From Ministeria vibrans ATCC 50519 (taxonomy: Eukaryota > Protista > Filasterea): a stretch of DNA of 64,000 nt. How positions within the stretch are numbered: position 1 is the stretch's first letter; the number at the start of each line of letters is the position of its first letter. A model generated the notes under the pieces. It had not been told where the DNA came from. It saw only the letters and a program-made list of their open reading frames with translations, and ran no database searches. Below are positions 1-13,009 of the stretch, in pieces. The translations under genes were made by a program, and so were the position numbers. The stretch is from positions 82,211 through 146,210 of the forward strand of contig CALSCP010000408.1 of the NCBI GenBank assembly GCA_943704425.1. The letters run 5' to 3'.

Positions 1-1063
1 CTACGACGAGCAATTTTCGCGGCAAGTTGCACAATGAGTTCGTCGTCAGGTGGATAGTCGTCAGCATTGGTGTTGCAGTGGTGAAGTTTCGAGGTGAGCA
101 AATCGAGGATGAAACATTTGTAGGTGACAGTGCCACGATCTACATCAATCAAATAAAAGAACGGCCCGTCTTTATCAGTCGCGTGGTGCAAATAAAGAGG
201 GGAGGAGGGGGTCGGGAGGATGGGGTAGGGTGGAGGGGGGTGACAATAATGAATAAATACTAAATTTTAATACCTTGATTGTCGACCAAAAGCTGGTGGT
301 GGAAGATGGAGCGAATCACATCCCATAGACGATCCCGACGCCAGACACAGTTTTCTGAGCGGTAGAATTCGTCGGTGGGAAACTTTTTGGTGACGGTGAC
401 AAAGTTTTGAGGAGCAGTTTGGTCGTTGGGAACGGTTGCAGCGAGAGACGGCAGAAGAAAGTGATGGACAACAAAGTCTCTCTCCGGCTCGCGCAACTCG
501 TCGTTGGTGGCGCCGGGTTTGGGGCCCTTGCGAGCCTGAACGTACGTGTTGTCGATAGATGACCGCTGCAGGGCCGTGATGAAGGTGGGAATGCTGTCGC
601 GGGCGTTTGCGGGAACACATGCAACTGAGGCGGGCACTGTACAGGAACGGTACAGCGCCAGGTCGTCACAGCTGGCGACGTCGTGGTCGTGGTCGTCGGC
701 GTTGACAAACGACTGGTAGACGGTGATGTGGCTGTGGTCGGGGCTGATGAGCACTGCCGAGGAGTGGTGCTGGATGAGGAAGGAAACGCGCGGCACGACA
801 TGGGTGGCGAGAAACCCCCGCAGAGCAGACAAATCGTCGTGGATCGACCGGCTGCTGTATGGTGGTGTGGTGGCGTGCGAATGGACCGGCGATGAGCGGT
901 CGAGGTTGAGGAAAGCAAGCGGAAAGGCCTGTGGGGTCGAGTGCGGAAACATCTCGCAGAGGCACGGATCAGGCCGACGCGGAAGCGTCAAGTGCATCAG
1001 CTCGGTGCGGAATTGCTTTACTGCTTCGGAGTGCTTGATGGAGCACTCGGTGGGGTTGGTCAT
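1..1063 (-). CDS. DUF6606-like N-terminal region of a large protein (DUF6606/DUF3638/DUF3645-type family); runs off the window edge
   Basis: 267-aa ORF from ATG 1063 with HLTLPRRP, FLIQHHSSAVLI, ARKG...REPE and TKK..DE....WRRDRLW, resembling the DUF6606 HIFLPP / QNAAILI / KxG..E.RD / PWRRSPLW pattern from memory; GT donor near 274, so it continues in further exons. Confidence 0.5.
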
Positions 1064-1439
1064 GATAAATAAAAGTTAAAGGCGTGTTTATTGTGTTTTG
1101 TTGTGTGAAATGTGAAATAAATTATATTATTTTTCATTATTATTTTTCTTCAACTCTGAGCGATGAGAAATCGAAAGGGAAAAAATCAACTCCGAAAAAA
1201 AATTGTAAACAAAAAAAAATTGTAAACAAATCCTTTTCAACTAAGCAACTAAGTCAGCATGAGACTCTTTAGTCTTTTACTTTTGTGTCTGCAGTAGTGC
1301 AGGGTTATATTTTGACTTTCAACAGTAATGCCGGCGCCGCTGAATGAAAAGACCGCAAAGTGAAGGCCCAAGGAACCCTTTTCCGCATTTATTATATTGG
1401 TTGAATGTAGGTTCAGTTGAGTTTTATTGGTACAGGCAG

Positions 1440-1517
1440 GCTCTCCGTCTTCCTAGGACTTCCAAAAAAAAAAAAAGACTCTTCTCCGTCTTGAATGCAT
1501 CACTGCTTTTTTTTTTT

Positions 1518-1551
<34 letters not shown>

Positions 1552-2615
1552 TTTTTTTTTTTTTTTTGGAAGTCCTAGGGCAAAAGCTTCATTGTACAAG
1601 ACAATCTAGCCATCTAGGGCAAAAGCTTCACCATTGTATTTCACCCGGAGGCGTTCGCAGCTTTGCATTAGCCTGGGCTCGGAGATGTGCTTGCCTGGGT
1701 GCACCTTTTTGAGCGCATGCAAGTCTCGTTTTGATTACCGTTCGGCCCATGCGGGGATGGAGCAGCCGCTAGATTGTCGAAGCTTTCTTCATCCTAGGGT
1801 TTCAAAAAAAAAAAGTTGCCTGTCTTGATGCGGTTCTAGAAGGTACCACTCCTGCGCACCTTTAACCGCTTCAGTCGTCGCCTTTTTCAGCCTCTTCCAC
1901 TTGCTCCTAAGGCACTTCTGTTTGACTCCCATCTCCCAGTAACTCGTCGCCAGTCTGATCGCTGAAGGGCAGGCGAAGACGGCAGAATTTCGGCAGAATA
2001 AAAAATAACTGCCTAATATTTAAATACGTTTCCGTAATATTTAGTAGTAATTTTCGCCGTATACAATAATTCATACGAAAGGTTTTGTTTGTATTTCGCG
2101 TGATGTTATATGATGGTTGAAATAAATGCATTGAAATATGTACACTGTGAAATCAAATAACATTATTTACCATTACACGGCTTAAATTTTGTAGCTCTTC
2201 TCGTAAAAATTACTCACTTTTTATTCTTATTCATCACCATGTCCTTCAGTTCTTTTTATTCATTCAAGCTACAAGGTGTTTGGTGAATGGGGGTCCGTAG
2301 ATGAATGAATGGACTCCCACCGGCGTGCGGTATGAAGAGGTCGAGGGGTCTTCGAAGGTAGCGATTTTCTTCTTTCGAGAAGAAAACCGACGTCGTCTCA
2401 AGCGTCGCGGGTTGGTGAGTCTTCGCCAAAATGACTACAAGAGGGTACGTTCGTCGTTGGACAGAGTGCCACCTGTCGCGATTTTTTTTTTTTTTTTGGA
2501 AGTCCTAGGGCAATAGCTTCATTGTACAAGACAATCTAGCCATCCGAAGCGGCTGCTTCACCCCCGCATGGGCCGAAACGGACATTCCGAGAGACTTGCA
2601 TGCAGAGCTATTCAT
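1440..2615. mobile_element. Cluster of four poly(A)-tailed SINE/LINE-like 3' end fragments in both orientations
   Basis: cctaggacttcc(A)n on + at 1452-1476, a variant cctagggtttc(A)n at ~1793-1814, and the reverse complement (T)n-ggaagtcctagggcaa at ~1507-1630 and ~2482-2605; 1715-1790 and 2510-2605 are near reverse complements. Confidence 0.55.
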
Positions 2616-2781
2616 TCAAATAAACCGCTCAGCAGCTGAAAATGCCTCCTGATTTTAAACTAGGCATCTCGCATGAAAAAGGGAGAAGAAAAAGGGAAGA
2701 AGAAAAATGCAAAGGGGGAAAGGAAGAGAAAGAAAGAAAAAGGAAAAATGGGAAAAACAAACACCAGAAGCAGGCAGCAGC

Positions 2782-5284
2782 CTACTGGCGCCGCTGCCAC
2801 TCCCTGTAATGCTCATACGCGGCCACCAGGCACTGTCTCGCAGCCGCCACTGCATCTTTTCGAGCGTAGGCTGGGATGCGACGCGTCATGCATGGCCAAC
2901 GACCAGCAACAGACACCAAGTGCAGGGCGGATTGGTCATCACATTCCTGACCGACCCTAATGATCGGCTCATGTGGCGCCACTGGAGGAGAGAACGCCTC
3001 AGAGACGCCCGAATCTCTTCCGCACACGAGTTGGTGTTGGACAGGAAGGGTTGGGCACATCACTCAAAGATGTGCGCGGTGGTCTCCACTGTCGCACAGT
3101 ACTTACATACTGTCGACTGTGCAAGGCCCCTCCTGTGCTGTGCCCAACCTGGTGGGGCACGGGAGCATGAAAGGCAGCGGGCAGCGAAAGGGTATGGGCG
3201 CAGAAGGAGACGAAAGACGATCCTACTGCTCTAGGGAAACGAGAAGATGATTGAAGAGGAACGAGTGCGCGCCTGGACGCAAACGAGTAGCAACAAATCG
3301 GGATGACGACTCGATGTAATCGGACCACGGAAGCGAGCAGATGCTAAAGAGAAGCAGATGCGATGAGAAAGCACGGGAAGGAATGTGTCCAAAGAGTAAG
3401 AGAGAGACGAGTAGAGAGAGACGAGTAGAGAGAGACAAGTAGAGAGAGACAGTAGAGAAAGACAATAGAGAGAGACAATAGAGAGAGAGTAGAGAGAGAC
3501 AATTAGTAGAGAGAGGAAAATAACTTGTGGCGCATCGAGCGTCCACGAACCGGCAAATACGCTCGCCTATATGAAGAAGGCAAGAAATTCGAAAAGAGAC
3601 GCGCACAATCGAAAGAGAATTTTCATCATAATGTCTAGGGGTTTATACAGTGGTGGTGTGAATGCCGAGAATGTTCTTCTCCTTGAAGACGCGGTTCTTG
3701 TTGCGCCGCAGAGAAGATCCGTCTTCGGCGATAGAAGAAGGGCTGTCGGGGGTGGCAGGGGTGGCGGTAGGGTCTTCCTTGAGGACGGGGGTGGTGGGCT
3801 CGCCGGTGGAGCTCGAGATGCTCTTGCGGTCCTGCTCAGACTGAGACACGCGCCGTCTCGGGGTCGTGGGCAAGATGAGCATGGCGGGACCCGTACCCGC
3901 ACCACTCACCCCACTGCTACTACTAATACTGCCGCTACTGCTACTCGTGGGCTTGACCACGCCTCCCTTGCCCATCTTGCTCGTGTCCCCCCTAACCTTT
4001 CCCTCTCCCGCCCCTCCTCCTCCACCTCCTCCCACTTCCACCGTCTGCTGCTGCTGCGCGCCCATCTTATCCTGCTCCACCATCCGCATCATATCAGCCA
4101 GACGGGCCTTTTGCATCTCTTCGCGCAGTGTCTTTGCCAACTCAGCCCATCCCCGAATCTGTGCCACCTATCACTCACTGTCAGCACAACAATAAACACA
4201 ACACCAACAATAAAAAGAGGGTGGTACCTCGAGAGCCCGCTGACCCTTATCGTTGGTCGCAAAAAGGTCTGCGCCACTCTTGACAAGGAGAAGGGCAAAA
4301 TCAGTGAGACCCGAGTGAGCGGCATGGTGCAGGGCAGTGTTGTCGTGGCGGTCGCGCCGGTGCAGGTCACACGAGGCATCGAGAAGCAGCTTGGACATGC
4401 GCAACATGTCTGAGGCAACAGCAATAATCAGCGGCGTCTGGCCCAGCTTGTTCTCTGCGTTGACGTTGGCGCCCGCGTCGATCAAAAGCTGTGCGCATCC
4501 GCTGCGTCCTTGCTTGGCGGCCATGTGCAGTGGTGTGTTGCTGTCTGAGTCCCCCATGTTCACATATGCCCCGGCCCCCAGCTCAAGCAGCTGCGACACA
4601 ACCGACTCACGTCCTTCAAACGCAGCAAAGTGTCTAAAAAGGAAAGAGACACCCTCCGTTAGACCTGACTCAATCACACATTCACTCTCTCATTCCCACA
4701 CGACAAGCAAAATAATATTAAGTGTTACAGTGCGGTTGAGGCCTCGGCGTTGACCATCTCCAGAAGCCCTTCGTTCCCTCTGACACTCTGTGCAATCAGG
4801 TCCGACCGTCCGTGTTTGATGAACGTCACTAGCTTGGCAAATTCGGGCTGAAGCAACTCTCGTGCACTAATGTCCGTCTGCTTCGCCATCAACAGCTCAA
4901 GACACTCCATATGGCCCATGTCGCGCGCCACATCAATGGCCGTCGCGCCCTCTCGGTTGACTCGCGTCGGTCGTGCGCCCGCCTCCAGCAGCATCGACAC
5001 CACCTCTTGCTTGTTCCCTACACACACGCGCAGACGTGAGCACCTCTATCGCCGCATCTCTCTTCCACGAACCGTGCGCAGCCCACCACAGAGGCGTTCC
5101 CAAATCGTTGCCCGTCTGCTCCACCTCGATGGTCTTCACCTTGAGCAGTGTGGGCACCAGCGCAATGGCCGCCGGGCCCTGCACCGCATGAAGCAGTGCC
5201 GTGTACCCCTGGTCGTCGCTCAGGTTCACATCCGCTCCTACCCCCCCACAATACAGCACAACCATCAATACCATCATCTTCTTC

Positions 5285-5361
<77 letters not shown>

Positions 5362-5834
5362 TTTGTGTGTGTTTTTTTGTGTGTTTTTTTTGTTTGTCGT
5401 ACCGGACACTAAAAGCATCGCAACGACGGCCGTTGCGGACGATTTCACCGCTCGTATCAACGGAGTTGCACCCGTTGCCGGATCTACTGTGTTGATGATG
5501 TCGCGCTTGCCCTGAAGCAGCTCCCAGACCTGCGAACGAGGCGAAAAAAGAAATGGGAGGCGGAAAGGTGAGTTCGTTGATAAATCGCAAAAAGAGAGTT
5601 TCGCCCTTTCAAGAGACAGGTTTCTCTTGTGCGACGACTCCCGAGGTGCACACAGCAGCAAGAGCGTGGGCGCAAAGCACCAGCAGCGCCGCAGGAGCAT
5701 CGTGCGCGTGTGATGACGTCGGCGATTTGGGTTCTCGCACTCGCGCCCCTCCTCACCTGGTCTGCGTCCGCCAGCTCCGACGCCCGATGTAAATGAAGTG
5801 CTGTCGACGACAAAGTCGGTCGACCTCTTCCCAT
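2782..5834 (-). CDS. Multi-exon ankyrin-repeat protein with low-complexity C-terminal region
   Basis: Ankyrin repeats across exons (GATPLIRAV, GYTALLHA, GTPLWWAA, GATAIDVA, NTPLHMAAKQG, GQTPLIIAV, NTALHHAA); ATG 5834; 3' exon boundaries approximate. Confidence 0.85.
5287..5360. repeat. (GT)n microsatellite in an ankyrin-gene intron
   Basis: Direct dinucleotide run. Confidence 0.95.
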
Positions 5835-5960
5835 TTTTTTTTGAAAAAAAAAGAAAAGCAAAAAAAAAAAACTGTGTTTACACTACGTCTGTTTGGAAAC
5901 TCCCAGTGAGTGAAACTGAAAAGTCCCACGATGAAATATTTTTCACTTATTCACTTTTTG

Positions 5961-8749
5961 ATGGACTTCTTCTACGAGCGCATATGGAAGCACCGTCGAT
6001 CGCGCTATAGCGAGCAGGCGTCGTCTGGAGCCCTTCCCGACTTTGCCGACAACCCCGACTATGGCGCAGCGGCCTTCCCGCTGCCTGGAGGCGACGCCTT
6101 CCAGCATCCTCTGCTCCCTCCGCCCACCCGCGACAGCGCCAACGACCACGCGCCGCCGCCGCAGCAGCAGGACGGCGACGACGACGGCGTTGGCTTCGAT
6201 GCGTTTGACAACCCTGCCTTTGAAGACTTCTCAACCCTGACAGCCCGTCGTGGCGCAAGCGACGCTGCCCCGCCCCCCCCCAGCAACACACTTGGGGGTG
6301 CTGACCAATATGCTGCGCTGCAACGACAGTTGTCGTGGGTATGTTTGATTCTTTGTGTTTCAAGTGCTCATTTTGTTGTTGCTGGTGTTGTTTGTTTTAG
6401 GCGCAAGCACAAACACAAATGGCCATTGTCCCTCCACCAGTGCCCACCAACCCTGCACGTCCACCACGGGTACACTCACGCGAAGCAGCCAGCTCGCAGC
6501 ACAGCGAAGTTGGCGCCAACGACGATCCATTGTATGAAACGGTCGACTCAGATTTTCTTGAGGGCTACTACGACACCATTGTCGACTTGCCACCGCCCCT
6601 ACCCACCCAGCCACCTCCGCCATCCGTCGACACCACCACTGCAGTGACGGCGACGACGGCGACGACACCAACAGCGGCCAGCACCATGGAGTATCGTCGA
6701 CCTGCACCTGTCCCCGTCGACACCATCAACGCCAACCATGATTTACTCAGCAATGCGCTCTATGCGTCACCACGCAATGTTGTCGCCGACAGACCAACAA
6801 CAACAACAACATCAACAGCAATTGCATCACCAGCAGCAACACAAGGCCTGGCGGGACCACAACAGGACTTTCACGAAGATCAACCACTCGTTCCTTCCGC
6901 TTCTGCCGCTTTGCCCGACAGCCCTCGCGAACAGCGCAAGACATCCAAGAGCAAACTGCGTCTGTTGACAACGCGTGGCAGCACAGGCAACCTTATTACT
7001 TCCATGCGCGATGCAGTCAAACGTCGCGTCGGCAGCAAACGTGATAGCTCCCCCGCTGTCGCACTGCCCACTCATCCTCGTGTCTCACCCACCGGCTCAC
7101 CCACTCCCGACGACATCGTGGTCCCTCCTTCTCTTTCTTCGTTCTCCTACACACCTCTTTCAGCCACTACAGACTACCAACATGGCGTGCGCTCTGCCGC
7201 AGCCGCCGGTCCCTCAGCCATTGACGAGCACAATCTGCGCGTTGACTTTGCGCGTGCGTCTTCCTCCGTGGTCCATCCGGACGAGCAGCTTGCGCGTCAT
7301 ATCACGCTCAATGACGCTCTCGACGCCCGACGCTATCGCAAAGAGCAACAGCAAAACATCCAGTCGGACGCAGAGTATGCGCGCTTGCTGGAGCAGGAGG
7401 AGGCGGAGTGTGTGCGGACTGCAGCTGCGGCTGCATCGCGTCACACTGCGGAGACGTGCGATGCCGACTTTGAACTGGCTCGTAAATTGCATGAGGAAGA
7501 ACGTCGCTTAGTGTTGTCGTCGTCGTCGACGGGAGAAACTGAACCATTGAGAGGTGAAGAAATGGCGGCAGAAGAAGGCAGTGGGGTGCCTGTGGCGGAT
7601 AGAGAGGCAGAGGAGGAGCGGGCGCGACGGGAGAGACGGGACGCGCGACTCGCGCGGCAGTTGCAGGAGCTGGAGAATGAACTGGCTCGCACATCGCCCA
7701 CACTGGAGATGGACGACCCTGATTTGGTCAACGCAGCGGGCGACCGTGCGCTTGTTGTCAATTCAAGTGCAGCCAGTGTCCTCGACGACTCCGTTGACGA
7801 TGACCAAGTGCGTCTGTTCCACGCGACTGTCTCTCCCTCTGCCTCGTGCACCTCCGTCTCCTTTGAGCCCGACAGCCGCACCAGCAGTGCCAGCACGACC
7901 ACCGAAACACCCCTAGTTCCCCCCACAACTCCTCCCCCTCTTCAACACCAGTCTACGCGCTCCCGCCCTCCGCGCCCCCCTCCCCCCTCATCCATTACAA
8001 GCACGGCCGTATCCCCTCTACGTCTTTCTCGTGGTCCTGCCCCCCCTCTCAACGCCTCCACTCCTGTCCGTCGTCCAATTGTCTCCACTGCGTCCTCCTC
8101 TCCTATAACCACTACAACAGCAACACCCCCCCCTCCCCCCGTCGTCAGCGTTGCCGATATGACTGAGGAGGAGCAGCTTGCGCGCGCTCTTGAGCTCAGT
8201 CTGCAAGTCGATGAAACTGAGGAGGCCAACGAACGTCTCTTTCTCGAACGTGCCCACACATTTTTGTCGCGACCCACGCCCGCCCCACTCCCATCCGACT
8301 CAAGTTCCTACTGGAAACACCACTCACCTTCAGAGCAACTTCTTGAGCGTCGAATGCGCGACGGTCGTGATGTGGTCATTGCGACGTCGCTAGACCGGCA
8401 GCGCGAGTATACGCGCGAAGCCACGCGCCAGGGCCGTCGCGTGACCATTGTCGAGCTCGATCAAGTGCACGAGACTGTGGTGACAAGTTACCTCAACCAT
8501 CAACTTGGGTGCATTGAGCGTGAGCGGCGCGAGCGTGCCCGAGACCAACATTCAGCGCCACCGCGCCCACCATCACCCTCATCATCATCAACAGCAGCAG
8601 CAGCAGCAGTGCTCCGTCCACCCCACTCTCAGACGCCGTTTCACACACAGACTCAAGTGGGCGCCCCTGTCGGTGCCGACTCGTCCGCCCCACCTCCTTA
8701 CTCTGTCGATGATCCTTCAGCTCCTTCAGCTAGCGAATCACAAGTTTAA
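5961..8749 (+). CDS. Disordered ubiquitin-binding adaptor (UIM plus three MIU-like helices, Tyr motifs, PPxY); loosely CCDC50/Ymer-like
   Basis: ATG 5961, intron ~6339-6400, long exon to TAA 8749; UIM MTEEEQLARALELSL; MIU-like DAEYARLLEQEE, DFELARKLHEEE, DARLARQLQELE; NPDY, YETV, YDTI and C-terminal PPPY. Confidence 0.75.
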
Positions 8750-9789
8750 TAAATATGTACACAAAACAAATGTTTTTTTTTTCGGTATAAGTCCTCAGCG
8801 AAAGTCAACAGCATTGACAGAGCAACTGAACAAGCTTCCCCGAAAGAGAAGAGGGAAATCATAGCGACTACGATGATTATTATTCCGCCTTGTATTTTCC
8901 TTTTGAGATCAAAAAACTTACCTAAACAATAATATTAATAAGTAATAAACTAATAAAGTTCAATCTTTTGTCCTCTCTTCACAGCCGTCGCATACACACC
9001 TTTATTCGACAGAACAGTCCACCATGGCGAACATGCTCCTCTCCATCTTCTCGTTCCTCTCCTTGTACGACATCCACAAAAAGTGCTCTCGAAATAGTTT
9101 TTTGTGACGTCGCTGCTTGTTGGTCCTTCCGCCGCTCTCTCTGGCGCTCCTGCTGGCCTGCGCGCCCTCCCCCGCCCACCCTGTCTTAGGGCACCCATGT
9201 GCCTGCCTACCCTGCCCCTTGCCATACCCCACTCGTCTTCTAAATGGCTCTTTTCTATTTCAAAAAAAAACGTACACACAAAAAGGAAAGAAGGAAAAAA
9301 AAAAAGGACATTGGTCGTCTGTGGACGTCCAACGCACTGCACGGGGCACACGCATGGCCGGGGATGCTGTCGCGCACCCGCCGGAGACCCTGCGCACTTG
9401 CAGCGCGCCTGGGGATGCCGTGCATTCCCCAGAGACAGTTTGGTCTTTTTTAGTCGCTGTGTTTTTTTTTTTTTTTTTTTGGAAAAAGGGCTTTCCCTTC
9501 AGCTGATCGACGTGGATATGCGCTGCATTTGCTGCCACAGCGAACGCGACAGCGTGGGTGGTGTGCAGCAAAGCGCCGGAGCGTGTGGGAGCCGTTGCTG
9601 GCTCAATGTTTTGCGATGAATTTGAGGTTTTTTTTTAACTCACTCACTTTGGCTCATTGCAGCGTTGGATGGGGCGTGTTCCTTGCAGGGGTAAGAAGGG
9701 GATAAGAGAGAACGAATGCACGGGGCAACGGCTGACTTGTTTCCTTTGTGTGTGTGTAGTTCATTCTTCAGGGCGACTCGGAGAACTAC

Positions 9790-9965
9790 TACTTTGTGCC
9801 GCCAAGTACGGAAGCGAGAGAGAGACAAAGTGATAGAGTGATAGAGAGACAACGTGTAGAGAGAGACAAAGTGATAGAGTGATAGAGAGACAACGTGTAG
9901 AGAGAGACAAAGTGATAGAGTGATAGAGAGACAAAGTGAGAGACAAAGTGATAGAGAGACAGAGT
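9790..9965. repeat. Tandem agagagacaaagtgatag-type satellite
   Basis: Repeated units agagagacaaagtgatagagtgat and agagagacaacgtgtag. Confidence 0.85.
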
Positions 9966-10821
9966 GCGAGCGGTTGACTGACGATGATTGTTATGTTGGG
10001 TGTCTCTTGTTCCTTTTGACGACTCTCTTTGTGCTCTTCAGATGGTAAGCGCTGTGTAACTTGTTGACCTTTTGAATGACACTGACACACTGTACGCATT
10101 CTTAGGCTGTACTGGTTCGGGTTTGACAAACGTGAATTCATTTTCACGCACGTCACCTTTTTTCACAAGGCAAGCAGCAAAATGGATATGAAGATTTGTA
10201 ATAATATTGATTGTGTTGTAGTGGATGGTTTTTGGCTGTTGGTGGTGGTATTGTGTCGATTCTGTTCTTCCTGTGGGGATGTTGCCAGAACAAGTAAGAG
10301 TGACGCAAAAAGATAAAAGAGAGGGAGAAGTGGAGGCTCAAACGTGTTTGTGATAGGGTCACTGGATTCCTTCTGATCTTTGTGGGTGCACTGTCGATGA
10401 TCTTCTGCGGGGCAGTGACGCAGATGACGGGCTGGGTGTTCTGGGTTATCTGCTACAGCCGTCTGTCGGGTACCACTCGTACTCAGTGCGCAAAGAACCT
10501 TCCTACTTGGATCTCTCTCGAGTTTGCCGGTAAATGAATTATTAATGTTGTTAAGTTTTATTATTATTATTATTATTGATTGTACATTATTACTCTCACT
10601 CACTGTATTCCTCACTCGCTGCGTCTCATCTAATGATTGTTGTCTCACTCTCTTATTGTGTTCTGCTCACCACAATTTTTTTCTGTCCCCAGGTGCCTTC
10701 CTGTACCTTGTCTTCATGTCCTTCAACGTGGCGCTCATCTACCTTGCGGGTCTCAGTGACGACGACTAATTCCCTTCTGCACTTTTACTCTTCTTATTGT
10801 CCATTTTTTTAATTAAAGTCA

Positions 10822-11232
10822 AGATTTCCCCCATTGGCTACTCTCACATGCATTATAATTAGAATTATAATAATAAAAGAGGAGTGTAATATTATTAGGC
10901 TTTCTGGCCGGCATCGGCACCAGCCACGTACATGAAGCCAACGCAGAGGGACATGAAGGTGACATAGACTGCAAACTCAAGCGCTATCGACATGTGGGCT
11001 GCGATGACAGACATTTTTCTAAATCTTTCCCTCGTTGGCTACCCTCACATGCATTATAACAAGAATCATTATAATAATAAGAAAATAAAAGAGTAGTGTA
11101 ATATTATTAGGCTTTCTGGCCGGCATCGGCACCAGCCACGTACATGAAGCCAACGCAGAGGGACATGAAGGTGACATAGAGAAAGGCACCTGCAAACTCA
11201 AGCGCAATCCATGTGGGCTGCGACGACAGACA
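10822..11232. repeat. ~200-bp direct tandem duplication
   Basis: ttggcta(c/t)tctcacatgcattataa...ggctttctggccggcatcggcaccagccacgtacatgaagccaacgcagagggacatgaaggtgacatag...gtgggctgcga occurs twice (~10822-11012 and ~11022-11232). Confidence 0.9.
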
Positions 11233-11600
11233 CTCGTTGCGCGTCTGTCCGGTCAGACGTGCCTGGCAAATGACATAGTACACCCATCTAACATGAGAGA
11301 GCGTGTGAGTGTGTGTGCTCCGTAGACCGTATGCTTCTTACCCGGTCGACTGGAGGACACCGCCGGCACACGCGAGAGAAAGAGCAACCGAGAACAACAG
11401 AAGGAAGGCCAACCAACGCTTAGGGCAGCTGTGCACACCATAGTCAGCATCGCCATCATCAGGCATATGGTTGTCTTCTTACCAGCCCCACACGAAGAAC
11501 AGAATCGCAATGAAAGCACCCAGGCAGCCCAGAACCCACCAGCATGTGAAAAACGCTGAGGAAACACACAGCAGCCAAGTCAACAGCCATTCTGTGATTG
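11107..11600 (-). pseudogene. Frameshifted relic of a CaCA-family (NCKX/NCX-like) Na+/Ca2+ exchanger C-terminal half
   Basis: MAV....FLSVFHMLVGSGLP(W, frameshift) resembles the alpha-2 repeat MAV...GSNVFDILVGLGLPW; ends in a hydrophobic last TM GAFLYVTFMSLCVGF; stops and frameshifts present. Confidence 0.4.
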
Positions 11601-13009
11601 CACTCTTCATTCATTCTTACGTGAGCGAGTGTCGTAGTGGTTCAAAGCGCTCAGACCTGTTCCGGTACACGAGCCGGGTGGAGGCCTACGGGAAGCATGA
11701 CAATGAGATGGAGCACACCAAGCACATTCGACTTACATGTAGAAATCCTCATCTGCGTTGTCCTGCAGACCAAGACTAAAGGAGAAACATAAGAATTTAG
11801 TGCGAATGTATATTAAGAGAACAAAAAGTCTCGCTTACCCTGCAACAAAGACGGCCCAGGACACACTGAGGATTGAGGAGAGAGGGGCGAGAAGCACACG
11901 AAGGGTGAGTAATGAGAAACAACGGAGATGCGACGAGTGGTTTGTCGTCAAAAACAAACAGGTCAAAAAAAGATTTGTGACGTGGGAATTCGGCGAATCT
12001 GCAAAGAACGGCACGCAAACGGGCCTTGCGCGACGGCACGGGGCCCGCGCGATGCCGGCTGTGCGATAGGGCGCGCAACCCCAGTGCGACAAGAGCAGTT
12101 TGACAAACCGTTGACACAAATAAAAATACCAAAAAAAAAAAACTTGTCTCTAAAAAAGACTGTTTCTGCTCCCTACACAGACACAGTGGCCCGCAGCAGG
12201 GGAGCACGGAGCAACAAAAACACAAGAAGACTCCCCAGGGGGGTGTCGTGCACGCCAAACACTCAGAGATTCCCAAAGAAGAAAAGAAACAGCCCAAAAA
12301 AGACAAAAAAAAGAAAAGAGGGAAAGGCTCGTCATACGCCACACACAGGCCACGAGGCAGTCTGCTTTCAGGTGGAAACGTCTCGTGTGGCGCCCTGGGG
12401 AGGGTGTGCCGCCACCGGAAGCGAGGGGGGGCGCAGGGAGAGCGGCGGAGGACGTTTCTTGTTTGGGAAGCGGCAGCTTACAAGGCAAGGGTCGAGAAGA
12501 CGGTCACAAGCATGTTCGCCATGGTGACAGATGTAGGTGGTGTGTGCACGAGAGAAGATCAAACAAAGGGGAATATAAAAATATAGTAATAATGGTATAA
12601 ACTTATCAGAATATCAGTTATCACTATAAATATTCAAATTTCGATCAAACATCAGAGGGCACAAAGTGGGCACACACGACAATGGTTCGTATGGTTACGC
12701 ATGGAAGTGCTTATCTTTGCTTCTAATACCAAAGGGTGTGATATTTAGAGAACGAAAGCGATTTTGCAATGATTTTGCAGTGATTCACAACAAACAAAAG
12801 TTCATCTCTGAATGATTTTTGCGCTCTCTGCGTTTTTTGTCTCACACCATCACCAGGTTTTTACTACTGCAATGTTAAAGTCTTGACACAGGAAGAGCCG
12901 GGAAGAAAGTACTCGATCAATTTCAGCTTTCAGACTGTGAAAATTGTATAGTGTACAGCTCGTCTCTCTCGCTCTCGCTCTCTCTCCTGTCTCCTCTGCA
13001 TGCTTCTTT

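Larger units (their letters stand above)
8945..12595. repeat. Decayed inverted duplication carrying F-box-like and Ca2+/cation-exchanger-like relics
   Basis: ccatggcgaacatgct on + at ~9022 and on - at ~12524; cag(a/g)gacag..cttttttag-(T)n shared at similar spacing; paralogous terminal exons GAFLYLVFMSF (+, ~10692) and GAFLYVTFMSL (-, ~11189). Confidence 0.55.

Noticed and set aside
1830-1990. Minus-strand peptide KQKCLRSKWKRLKK resembling a Myb/trihelix (Harbinger) helix
   Set aside because: Too short, with no transposase or coherent gene model.
3571-4413. 280-aa + strand ORF and many similar overlapping ORFs
   Set aside because: Antisense or alternative-frame shadows of real GC-rich exons.
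9790-9965. CRISPR-like periodicity
   Set aside because: Low-complexity satellite with no unique spacers or cas genes, in a eukaryotic context.
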